The translations under genes and the position numbers were made by a program. Source: Candidatus Saccharimonadota bacterium (GTDB lineage Bacteria > Patescibacteriota > Gracilibacteria > BD1-5 > UBA2023). From it: a stretch of DNA of 32,000 bases. The DNA is taken from the NCBI GenBank assembly GCA_046350815.1, contig JAXLZO010000001.1:660001-692000 (forward strand), in the 5' to 3' direction. The notes under the pieces were generated by a model. It worked only from the letters and a program-made list of their open reading frames with translations. It searched no databases and was not told the DNA's origin. Of this stretch, positions 20,460 through 29,295 are shown piece by piece; position 1 is the stretch's first letter, and every line of letters starts with the position of its first letter.

Positions 20460-21746
20460 TTATGCAACGATCATCTTGAGTGCAGTGGGATCAAAGAGGA
20501 AGAAATATCCGAGTATCAGCATGATGATACCACCAATTGCGAGACAGTATCGTGTATACTTGCTCGTGAGATGGAGATATTTGAACGCATAGAGTGCAAT
20601 ACCAAATACAAGAAAATCATCAAACATATAAAAGAGTGTGTAGAGTCCGATATATCCTTGCTTTGCAGCAAAGCCGAGTGAGCTCATTTCAAGAAGCTTG
20701 GTGAATGCTTGAGGAATGCCGATAGAACAAGCAAACTCGATCACATTGACAGAAAAAGCTATACCAATGGTCGTCAGGAAGATAGCAATACTCATCGGTG
20801 CTTCAGCGATTTTTTTGATCTGCTGTGTGAGTTTGCGTTTTTGGTCGACACTCGTTACTTTGCATTCTCCGTCTTTGTTCGTAAAAAACTCATAGAGGAA
20901 GAATCATCCAGCAGCGAGAGATATAAGTCCAATAATAGGTGTGACGATATGATCAAGCTTCACAAAATCCCAAGTCTTGTACCAGACATTGAGGATCATA
21001 AAGTACATTATTGCCTCTGCAAGGATAAATATCCCCGCTATCTGAAACATCTTTTTTCGAGATCCAGACTGGACAAGTATGGAGAGGAACATCACGAGTA
21101 CCCACATAGCACATGGATTGAATCCATCGACGAATCCAAGTACAGCTGCAAGAATTGGGAGAGAATATTCTTTGAGGTTGATGATACCTACGAATGGAAG
21201 ATCCACATACATAGCATTCTTATCTATTTCACAACCTTCTGTTGTACATCCCTCACCACTTTTTGTAGAAGAGAGTTTGTCTTTTGCATTTTCAAAAAGA
21301 GAGCTTTCTTTCATAGTGGCTACTCATTCTTTGATCATCCTTCCAGTCGTCTCAGGACTCTGATATCCTTCGATAATCTGATTCCCTACGAGAAGAATGG
21401 GAGTTACTTTACTGAGGTTATTTATCTGAGTAAACTGATCATAGAGAGCTGCATTTTCAGGAAGATTGATATCATAATATCGTGGCTTGATCGCACTACC
21501 ACTTGCAAATTCTGTGTCGAGAAATTTCTTGAGTGATCTACAGTGAACACAGTCAGGACGGGTAAATACAGAAAACTCAAGGTGTTCCTGGTTGATACTG
21601 CTGTGTGATGTAGGAGCTGATTGAGTCGATACTTGTGTGGGCTGAGGAGTCTCAGCTGCCAATACGATGTCATGAGATATGAATCCTCCGATCGTGCTCA
21701 GAGCGATCAAAAGGGTAGTGCCGAATTTCTGGAGATTTGAGTGCAT
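20460..21746 (-). CDS. fusion of a secreted glutaredoxin/thioredoxin-like domain (CVHC) with a CcdA/DsbD-type transmembrane thiol-disulfide transporter (428 aa)
   Basis: Track ORFs 21324-21746, 20904-21314 and 20460-20795 are in one frame, joined by TGA at 21324 and 20904. Elements in order: signal or TM segment LLIALSTIGGFI, redox motif RPDCVHCRSLKKFL, then the CcdA-like core (GFVDGFNPCAMWVL ... IEFACSIGIPQ). Stop is TAA 20460-20462. Confidence 0.78.
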
Positions 21747-21797
21747 AGATATAAAAGGAAAGCATGGAGAGTATAGATTATTTAGATATTTTTACAA

Positions 21798-21826
21798 TGA
21801 AAAGCCCCGTCGTTTGACGGGGCTTA
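21798..21826 (-). terminator. GC-rich rho-independent terminator of the 122-aa cassette
   Basis: AAGCCCCGTC-gttt-GACGGGGCTT (21802-21811 / 21816-21825), followed on the minus strand by UUUUC. Confidence 0.75.
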
Positions 21827-21840
21827 AGCCTAACTGCTAT

Positions 21841-22209
21841 TTACAAAGAGAAGGAAGCATATGCAAATGCACATACTTTCTCGAGAATCTCTTCGCTTTT
21901 TTTCAGCTGTGCGCTGATTGGTCCTTCTATGCCGTACTGATAGCTTAGGTGGTTATCAATAAAAGTGCATATCATGCTCGCACTTGGTTTATGCTCCAGA
22001 AAATATCTCCGTGCGGGATACGTATTGAGATAAAGCGGCACGAATAATAACATGTATTTATCCCATGATAGCCTTCTTTGGTTATGATTAGTAGACCAAG
22101 AAAGACAGATAACAAGGCGAATATTTGCTCTCAACTCAGCTTTAAGTTGAGTTGAGAGATACGATGTTAGGGCTGGTATTTCGCCCACCTGTTTGGCTTT
22201 GCTGCTCAT
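21841..22209 (-). CDS. hypothetical protein (122 aa), monocistronic cassette
   Basis: Intact ORF with no UGA and TAA stop 21841-21843. A perfect AAGGAGG lies 6 nt upstream of the ATG (22216-22222 on the plus strand as CCTCCTT). It has its own promoter palindrome and terminator. No family recognised. Confidence 0.6.
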   Translation of the reverse strand: MSSKAKQVGEIPALTSYLSTQLKAELRANIRLVICLSWSTNHNQRRLSWDKYMLLFVPLYLNTYPARRYFLEHKPSASMICTFIDNHLSYQYGIEGPISAQLKKSEEILEKVCAFAYASFSL

Positions 22210-22261
22210 TGTGAGCCTCCTTTTTGTTGATTTGTTTCACCATCTTATGATAAATATATAT

Positions 22262-22292
22262 TTGTCAAAAAATTTTATTATAAAATTGACAA
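22262..22292. promoter_or_regulatory. inverted repeat TTGTCAA-N17-TTGACAA (opposed -35-like hexamers or operator)
   Basis: TTGTCAAAAAATTTTATTATAAAATTGACAA lies between the dioxygenase stop (22320) and the 122-aa gene start (22209). Confidence 0.4.
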
Positions 22293-22319
22293 TAAATAAT
22301 TTATGTATTTTCAGATTAT

Positions 22320-23042
22320 TTACCCTTGCTTTCATTGTGATTCAGATGATACAATACCTAACTTCATATTCGCAGGCAGAGCGATATCAATATATTTTGG
22401 ATATTCGAGTTTGAGTCGATGCATCGTCTCGGTGAGTTCTTCGATGGAGGTATCCGATCGCATGCGAGTATTGTAGAGTTTTTCTTCTCCGATTGTACTC
22501 ATAGTGAGCCCTTGGTAGTCATGTCCAGGATAGACACGAGTTGTGTCAGGGAGTGTGTAGAGTTTTGTGATGCTTTGATGGAGTTTCGCAGGAGATCATT
22601 GTTGAAAATCCGTCCGACCGGTCTTGCGAATGAGGAGTGTGTCTCCTGTGAAGATCATATCTTCGATGAGATAGCTCGTACATCCATCAGTATGTCCTGG
22701 AGTAGCAAATGATCGAACATCGATAGACCCTACACGGATAACTTCGTTATCCACAAGCAAGATATCAGGCTGAGCAACTGCCGCACCTATTCCCATGACA
22801 ATCTTTGCTCAGGTTCTCTCACGGAGCACACCACTGCCGGTGATATGATCTGCATGAATATGTGTATCGAATATATGCGTGAGCCTCAGTCAAAGCTCAC
22901 TAATGAGTTTGAGATCGCGATCAACTTGGTCAATAACAGGATCAATAATGAGTGCTGATCAGGTATTTGTATCACCTACGAGATAGCTATAGGTCCAGGT
23001 TTTTTCATCGAAGAGTTGACGAAAGAGAATGTTGGAAGGCAT
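22320..23042 (-). CDS. MBL-fold persulfide dioxygenase (ETHE1/Blh-like), 240 aa
   Basis: N-terminus MPSNILFRQLFDEKTWTYSYLVGD...ALIIDPV, metal motif THIHADHITG, then ATPGHTDGC...FTGDTLLIRKTGRTDFQ. There are four in-frame TGA. Stop is TAA 22320-22322. Confidence 0.88.
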
Positions 23043-23137
23043 AAAAAGAAATGAAAATAAATACATGTGATTGAGAAAAGAGGGGTTTAGTGTGGCCACC
23101 ATATTGTCACACACCATCGTCAAGCTGTTTTCATAGA

Positions 23138-23929
23138 TTACAGAGAGAGAAATTCACGACCAATCATGATGAGCGCCATAGCCATAGTAAATATACCAAA
23201 AGCTTTTGAGAGTATTGTTGTTGGTATTCGTTTTTGGAGTATGAGTCCGAGTATGAGTCCCACGATGGCGAGGCTAATGCTAGTAGTTATCAAGGTTATA
23301 TGCTCGTTCGAAAATTCATGTGGGAGTCAGCTGAGAAACCCTATGCCAGAATTCATCGTAATAATCACGAGAGATGTAGCGACAGCACTACGAAGCGTCA
23401 GTCATTCGAGTGCCATAAGTGCTGGAACGATGAGAAATCCACCACCAGCACCAACCATCCCAGTGATAGCACCAACTATTCATCATTCAAGTGTTGTGAT
23501 GAGATGTTTTTTCCACCCAATGATACGAGCACCTTCTTGAAGATGATTTATTTTTCTCTTACATACTATGGAACATCCGGCAGCAAACATGATCAATCCA
23601 AAGAGGAGTAATACGAGTGTTCATTTTTCAATAAGTCCGATATGATCAGGAATGCGCTCGATGAGGAAATGACGAGAGAAATAGGTAGCGAGAAGAGACG
23701 GTATTCCAAATATGATCACTTTGTCCCAAAGAATCTCTGAGTTTTTGATTTTTGTGAGTGCTCCCACAAAAGCGGTGCTACCAACAATGATAAGGCTATA
23801 GTAGGTTGCTTCGAGAGGATTGATATGAAAGAGATACACCAGTATCGGTACGGTCAGGATCGCTCCTCATCCTCCGACGAGTCCGACTACCATACCCATG
23901 ATGATCATCGAGAAGAAAGGAAAAATCAT
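23138..23929 (-). CDS. TauE/SafE family (DUF81) anion exporter-like membrane protein, 263 aa
   Basis: MIFPFFSMIIMGMVVGLVGGGGAILTVPILVY with a UGA-encoded Gly at 23867-23869. A second repeat reads GMVGAGGGFLIVPAL. It is hydrophobic throughout. Stop is TAA 23138-23140. Confidence 0.82.
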
Positions 23930-23942
23930 AGATATGGGAGAG

Positions 23943-24257
23943 TTACATATGTTTTTGTAGGAGTGATACGAGATCAGTGACAGAATGCACGCCGGAAGTT
24001 CGCTCGATGATCACACCATCTTTGAAGAGAATCATTGTAGGAATACTTCGTATTGCAAGTTGTTGCGCAATATTTGGTTCATTATCGACATTGTGCTTCA
24101 TGATACGAGCTCGATCTCCGATTTGTTTTGCGAGATCTTCGAGAATCGGTCACATCATTTGGCATGGGCCACACCATGGAGCCCAGAAATCTACGAGTAC
24201 AAGACCTTGTGATGTATCACGAGCGAAGTTAGAATCAGTGGATGTAAGAACAGACAT
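23943..24257 (-). CDS. trxA: thioredoxin (104 aa)
   Basis: [16 protein letters not shown] active-site motif and ...[13 protein letters not shown]. One in-frame TGA. Stop is TAA 23943-23945. Confidence 0.9.
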
Positions 24258-24288
24258 AGAAAACAAGTGAAAAAATGAAAAAGAGAAG

Positions 24289-24633
24289 TTATGCTAAATA
24301 GGATATTTGAAATGCTTGAGTAATCTCGAGGATTTTCGACCGAGTTTCATAGAGGGATTTGATGCTCCCCGCAACGTTGGTTGCTTGTTTCCCATTTTGT
24401 GCGAGCCATGCACACGCTTGCCCACTGCGAGCTCCGGTACGACAGAGGATGTAAACCTCTTTTTTGAAATCAATCTCTTGATACCGATCAGGGAATTGGG
24501 AAATTGGAATGAGTTTTGCTTGAGGGATTCGGATCATATCCCATTCATTCTGTTCTCGCACATCGATGAGCTCAATGTTTGGATTTTTTTGAAGAATTTG
24601 CTCGAGCTGCATTGCGGATATTTCTTGGTACAT
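24289..24633 (-). CDS. single-domain rhodanese sulfurtransferase (114 aa)
   Basis: Intact track ORF. The active-site loop is ILCRTGARS (CxxxxR). Stop is TAA 24289-24291. Confidence 0.85.
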   Translation of the reverse strand: MYQEISAMQLEQILQKNPNIELIDVREQNEWDMIRIPQAKLIPISQFPDRYQEIDFKKEVYILCRTGARSGQACAWLAQNGKQATNVAGSIKSLYETRSKILEITQAFQISYLA

Positions 24634-24642
24634 AGAGGTGAA

Positions 24643-25068
24643 TTATGGGATAAACTTTTTTGTAAGGAACATGCTGGTAAGCATACTCACAAGGAAAATC
24701 AGGGTGAAACTCTGATGGAATATAATAGCACCTACAGCTGGTCCGGGACAGAGACCGCCGAGTCACCACCCGATACCAAAGAGTATTGATCCAATAACTA
24801 GTTTCTTGTCAATTATTCCTTTTCTCTCCCATGAGAAATACCACTTTTCCGCAAAGAATGGCTTTGGATGTTTCTCGAGGATAAAGTGTCCGAGGAGTGA
24901 TATACTGAGCGCGCCTATCATGACAAAGATGAGGGTTGGATCCCAAGTGCCAAATATATCAAAAAATCATCGTACGCGATCGGGTGAGAGCATATCCGAG
25001 TAAGCAAGTCCATATCCGAAGAGCCCACCAGATAGGAGCGAAAGGAGAGCAGATGTGAGGTGTTTCAT
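24643..25068 (-). CDS. YeeE/YedE family sulfur-transport membrane protein, second half-size paralogue (141 aa)
   Basis: MKHLTSALLSLLSGGLFGYGLAYSDMLSPDRVRGFFD...FGIGWGLGGLCPGPA. It starts 3 nt after the upstream stop. Stop is TAA 24643-24645. Confidence 0.78.
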
Positions 25069-25071
25069 ATA

Positions 25072-25482
25072 CTACAAGAAGTTATGAAGCGTGACAGTAG
25101 CGATACCACTCGACACAAAGAGAAGTGTTGCGATGATCGATCTCTGAGAGAGTCGACCGATGCCACAGACAGCGTGCCCACTTGTGCAACCATTTGCGAG
25201 CGTTATACCGATACCTACGAGTATTCCACTTATGATTGCTATGGTAGACGATGTTTCCGTATTTGAGGGGATATATGCACTATGGTTGAGAGTATAGAGC
25301 CCGACTCCGACGGGTATACCGAGGAGAAATGTATAGCGCCATATGCCGTGTTCACCGCCAGGAAGGACTCACTTGAGGATGCCTGATATGCCCATGACAC
25401 GCCCGAGTCAGCCAGACATAATAAGTGCTGCTATACCGATGAGTATACCACCGATGAGAGCATGAATATAGAGAGGATTCAT
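25072..25482 (-). CDS. YeeE/YedE family sulfur-transport membrane protein, first half-size paralogue (136 aa)
   Basis: MNPLYIHALIGGILIGIAALIMSGGLGRVMGISG...LANGCTSGHAVCGIGRLS. Stop is TAG 25072-25074. Confidence 0.78.
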
Positions 25483-25487
25483 AAATT

Positions 25488-25784
25488 TTAACATTGGTTA
25501 TTGCAATAAATAGTGGCGAGAGATTTCAGCATCTGAGATATACGGTTATCTTGGATGCGGTAGTACACAAAGATGCCATCTTTACGACTCTCGATGAGTC
25601 ATTCTTGACGCATCTTAGCGAGGAATTGTGAGAGCTGTGATTGAGATATGCTACAGAATTTCTCAAGATCGCCGACACTCATTTCTCCTTCAGAGAGTTT
25701 ACAGAGGATGAGAAGCCGCTTTGGATGAGCGAGGAGCTTGAGAATCTCTGCTACTTCGGAGGCTTTTTGTTCGAGTTCATTCAT
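25488..25784 (-). CDS. ArsR/SmtB-family transcriptional regulator, BigR/SqrR-like (98 aa)
   Basis: Track ORF 25599-25784 continues across TGA 25599 to TAA 25488-25490. The wHTH pattern is ILKLLAHPKRLLILCKLSEGEMSVGDL...SQSQLSQFLAKMRQEGLI. Cys28 lies in helix 2, with Cys94/Cys98 near the C-terminus. It is the first gene of the sulfur operon. Confidence 0.85.
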
Positions 25785-25831
25785 ATTATAAAAATGTAAT
25801 GTATTTTCATATTATAAAAATGTAATGTATT
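25780..25831. repeat. perfect 26-bp tandem duplication (2 units) covering the regulator start codon and promoter/operator
   Basis: TTCATATTATAAAAATGTAATGTATT occurs at 25780-25805 and again at 25806-25831. A TTGACA (minus strand, 25836-25831) abuts the distal copy. Each unit holds the imperfect palindrome ATTACA-TTTT-TATAAT on the minus strand. Confidence 0.9.
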
Positions 25832-25904
25832 GTCAAAAGAAATTTGTTTCCACTTATGAATTAATATGAGTGATGCTATTCATATTGATTGTGATGAGTG
25901 TTAA

Positions 25905-25938
25905 AAAACTTCCCAATGTCTAGGCATTGGGAAGTTTT
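25905..25938. terminator. 14-bp-stem hairpin overlapping the stop codon of the 330-aa gene
   Basis: AAAACTTCCCAATG-tctagg-CATTGGGAAGTTTT. The TAG stop (25920-25922) sits in the loop, and the U-tract is weak. Confidence 0.4.
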
Positions 25939-26912
25939 AATTGGCTTATTTGTAAGAGCTTTTCTGAAATGAGGCTAAATTGTTCAATTTGTTGTTCTAG
26001 TCTTTGATTTTGTAATTGAGCAACTCTGATAAGTGTCTCATCCCCTGAGAGAGTATGAGAAACAATAAATTGATTATACTGGAGAAAGATAATATATTTT
26101 TGTATTGTTTGTTGAAGAGAAGTATTTATTCGTATAAGTTGTTCATGGAGGTATGAGTATTCTTTACGCAAGTGTCATATTAGTTGATCTCGCATAATCT
26201 CTTCAGTTGGTTTTTCGATTCTTCATAAGTAGTGCACTCTTACTCAAGATAAGTTTTCTCTGGAGTTTTGAAGATTCTGTAGTAGAGCTATATTAAAAAT
26301 ATAGAGAACTCGATCAATATTTTTTACTGATTTACATGCACTATTAATGAGTTTTACATGTTCGACTACACTGAATAGCTCAAAATTTGAATCTATAAAA
26401 AAATAAAAAAGTTGTTTATGACAATATTCTAAGCGGGATATATAGTATGTAGTCCATTCTTTAATAAAAAGCAATCGAAAAGACATGAGATAGTATGATG
26501 CAAATAATCACCATAGAATAAGTGCTATACCAAGTGGTCATCCAAATATCACAAGATAAATTCATAGTCAAAATAGTAAAAATATTAGGAAAAATACAAG
26601 AGATTGAAAACGAATGTTTTCTGATTCATTCGCATTTATGACACCACGGAACAACCTGCAGCAGAAAACAAGCATTATTACTAAGGGGAGTACGGGGAGT
26701 GTTAGTAATCACAATAACACATCAGTAACAAGAAGGTTATTAATATGTTTTACTGGAAATATAGATACTATGAGATTAGATAAACTCATTAGTCGTTTTT
26801 TATTTTCACAAAACGAGCAAAATTCTTGAATAAAACCTATATTTTGACCTTCAATTTTTTTAAGAATTTCATCAATATTAGGTATGGTATATCTTTCTTC
26901 CGATTCTACCAT
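25920..26912 (-). CDS. orphan membrane protein with C-terminal coiled coil (330 aa)
   Basis: Track ORFs 26709-26912, 26244-26486 and 25920-26171 are in one frame, joined across TGA (26709, 26568, 26562, 26538, 26508, 26244, 26223, 26175). Central hydrophobic segments include LVIMLVFCC and LVFFLIFLLFGLGIYLVIFGGPLGIALILWGLF. No family recognised. Confidence 0.6.
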
Positions 26913-27002
26913 AAGATTATCATAATTACAAAATATTAGTTTAGATTACCAAAATAGTACATAGGATATTAAACTATATAGTGCCCAAAGAGTATGCTAT
27001 TT

Positions 27003-27768
27003 GGCTCTAGACAAGCAAACATTTGAATAATTGAGCGTTTCGCTAATCTTCTGAGAAGGAGCCGTAAGGCTTCTTCTTTCTTATTGCGATAATTATACCG
27101 AAACTCACATTCTTTCAAATGAAGATGGAATTTGTCTGCTCGGATTCAGTTTAATTTGATCATTCTTTGTTTTGCAAAACTCCAAAATGCCTCTATACCG
27201 TTTACATGACTTTTTCATCTCGCAAACTTAACGAAGTGTATGCCTGTGGTGCATTGTGTGAATGAAACACTCTATAATGTTCGTATCCATTGAGTATAAG
27301 CCCATCATAACTTGTCCAACCATCAGAGTTGACCGTGGATCATTCCAGAACTTTTCCTTGTATAGTATAGGCATTAATGAGTCTCTACTACAATCTGGAA
27401 CAATACTTACAGAGACATTTCAGTTTCTTTTCTGAAGTCCAAACACTGTGGTGTTTTTCCAGCCGCTCACCTTCATTGTTTTCCTCTGACTCGTCTTGCA
27501 CCGAAGTAACTCTCATCAACTTCAAATTCTCAGAATTCTTTTCAAAACTTTGATGATTCTTCAATAGATATTCTCACAATTTCTTCTCGAAATATAGCAT
27601 AGTACCTGTTAATAGTGTTACGAGATATTTCGAGAAGTTCTGATGTTTGAGTAGCAGTAAAGTCTCCTAAAAATAGCTTCAAAATTTCTCGTATTTTCTC
27701 AGAGCTGATTTTACTGTATTTAATCATATGGAACTAGTGTAAGAAGATAATTCTTCTTGTCTAGAGCC
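27003..27768 (-). mobile_element. IS1595-family insertion sequence, copy 2, decayed, with target-site duplication
   Basis: Terminal inverted repeats GGCTCTAGACAAG at 27003-27015 and 27756-27768 (reverse complement). The flanking 7-bp direct repeat GCTATTT is at 26996-27002 and 27769-27775. Confidence 0.82.
27005..27727 (-). pseudogene. ISXO2-like transposase with multiple frameshifts
   Basis: The N-terminal part is MIKYSKISSEKIREILKLFLGDF...GEFEVDESYFGARRVRGKQGRGAAGKTP. The homologous sequence then continues in three further frames (VFGLQKRNGNVSVSIVPDCSRDSLMPI; QGKVLEGSTVNSDGWTSYDGLILNGYEHYRVFHS; VNGIEAFWSFAKQR...HLHLKECEFRYN). Confidence 0.75.
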
Positions 27769-27827
27769 GCTATTTTTCTATTTAGCCTGATTCCTATGAA
27801 CATTTCCCAAGATTCATTGTTTTAATG

Positions 27828-27865
27828 AAAACCCCCATCTTTTTGAGAAAAGACGGGAGTTTTTT
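27828..27865. terminator. bidirectional hairpin terminator downstream of tRNA-Leu
   Basis: A4, then stem CCCCCATCTTTT / AAAAGACGGGAG (2 mismatches), then T6. It lies 10 nt after the tRNA 3' end on the minus strand. Confidence 0.55.
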
Positions 27866-27874
27866 AGTTCTTTT

Positions 27875-27958
27875 TGGTGCCCAGAAAGGGATTTGAACCC
27901 TCACACCTTGCGGCATACGCGTCTGAGACGTACGTGTCTACCATTCCACCACCTGGGC
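27875..27958 (-). tRNA. tRNA-Leu (anticodon CAG), class II with long variable arm, CCA encoded
   Basis: The minus strand reads GCCCAGG-TG-GTGGAATGGTAGACAC-G-TACGT-CTCAGAC-GCGTA-TGCCGCAAGGTGT-GAGGG-TTCAAAT-CCCTT-TCTGGGC-ACCA. All four stems pair, with G-U pairs allowed. Confidence 0.9.
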
Positions 27959-28182
27959 ATATCTGTTTGTACTGATCAAGAAGCATCGGTACGTGCACCC
28001 CTCTCACTTTGCTCGGGGGTACGGCTCTCGAATATTCGCTTCACTCATTTCGAACCGCACGTCTACCATTCCACTATTTGGATATGGTATGATTTCGCAA
28101 CGGAATTATATAATCTTTTTTTCATTTGCAATCTTTACTTCCATCAAAAGCTCGTATAATCAATTTATCCTTCATTTTTTCT

Positions 28183-29241
28183 ATGGATTTGCCACGAATG
28201 GTTCTCGATTGATTGAAATGATCCTATGTTGTTTTTATGACGAATACATCATTGACACTCTATCCTCTCTGAACGGGTTTGATCAATGATACCTGGATTA
28301 CCAATACTCAAGAGAATAACAAACGCTATGTTGTACAACGACTCAATACAAAGGTATTTCCATCATATCAGTCCATAGAGAACAATCTTCGTTTAGCAAA
28401 AGAAATACTCTCCGATAAAGACTATCTTCTTTTTCTTCCTATTGAAAATACGAACGGAAATCTCCATACAACTATTGCTGATGAGATATATCGTGTGACT
28501 GAGTTTTCTGAGGGAAGTCAGGTATATGATGCCCCTCCGAGCGACCAACATATTTACGAGGCTGCAAAGGCATTTGCAACTTTTACCCGCTATCTTGAGC
28601 GAGAAAGGGTAGGGGAGTTTGAGGAGACGATCGTAGATTTTCATAATCTTACGAAGAGATTTGCTGATCTGGAAAAGGCATGGGAATCTTGTGAAGATCA
28701 GGAGAGGCGATCACAAGCGGAGCCCCTCATGAATTTTGCTCTTGCTAATTGTTGGATTGTTGATTTATATACTCGGTCAGTAAAATCTATTCCGAAACGG
28801 ATATATCATCACGATACAAAAGTAAATAATATTCTCTTCAAGACATGAACAACACAGGTAATCGCCCCGATTGATCTTGATACGATTATGCCTGGATATA
28901 TTTTCTCAGATCTTGGCGATATGATCTGGTCGATTGCTGCTTGAGTCGATCACAGTAATCTTGATCTTACATCCATTGTAATTGATTGATCTCGATACGA
29001 CGCTATTATGAAAGGTTACCAAGAAGGAATTTCAGAAGCCTTAACATCCGAAGAGAAATCACTCCTTCCTTATGCCGGACTTGTTATGTCCTACATGCTC
29101 GGTTTACGATTTTTGGCAGATTATCTTATGGGTGATAGTTATTTTAAGGTATCGTATATATGAGAAAATCTTGATCGAACAACAGCACAATTTCGAGTGG
29201 CGAAGCTTCTCATCGATGATGGTTTCACTCCTATTTGTTAG
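28183..29241 (+). CDS. aminoglycoside-phosphotransferase-fold (APH / NahK-like) kinase, 352 aa
   Basis: Track ORF 28279-28848 extends both ways. Motifs: N-terminal YPLGNGLINDTWIT, catalytic RIYHHDTKVNNILF, and metal-binding APIDLDT. The start at ATG 28183 is 16 nt after a likely TSS below TATAAT (28155-28160), with alternatives at 28198 and 28237. Stop is TAG 29239-29241. Confidence 0.78.
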
Positions 29242-29243
29242 AT

Positions 29244-29271
29244 TTGACAAATATTAAAAATAGCATAAATT
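29244..29271 (+). promoter_or_regulatory. sigma70-like promoter candidate for the glycine-rich microprotein gene
   Basis: TTGACA (29244-29249), 16-nt spacer, TAAATT (29266-29271). The ATG is at 29296. Confidence 0.4.
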
Positions 29272-29295
29272 ATATTAATTCTTAAATTTTAGCAT

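Noticed and set aside
20709-21536. 275-aa track ORF on the plus strand
   Set aside because: It is antisense to the Grx-CcdA fusion, whose frame has clear redox and transmembrane motifs. No motifs are present in the plus-strand translation.
25780-25831. The 26-bp direct repeats (and the 18-bp repeats at 17241-17330) as a CRISPR array
   Set aside because: The units are directly adjacent with no spacers, there are only 2 (or about 5) copies, and no cas genes are nearby. They are simple tandem duplications.
28040-28090. A second functional class II tRNA upstream of tRNA-Leu
   Set aside because: Only the D-arm (14 nt) and a T-loop-like heptamer are present. I could not form anticodon, T or acceptor stems on either strand.
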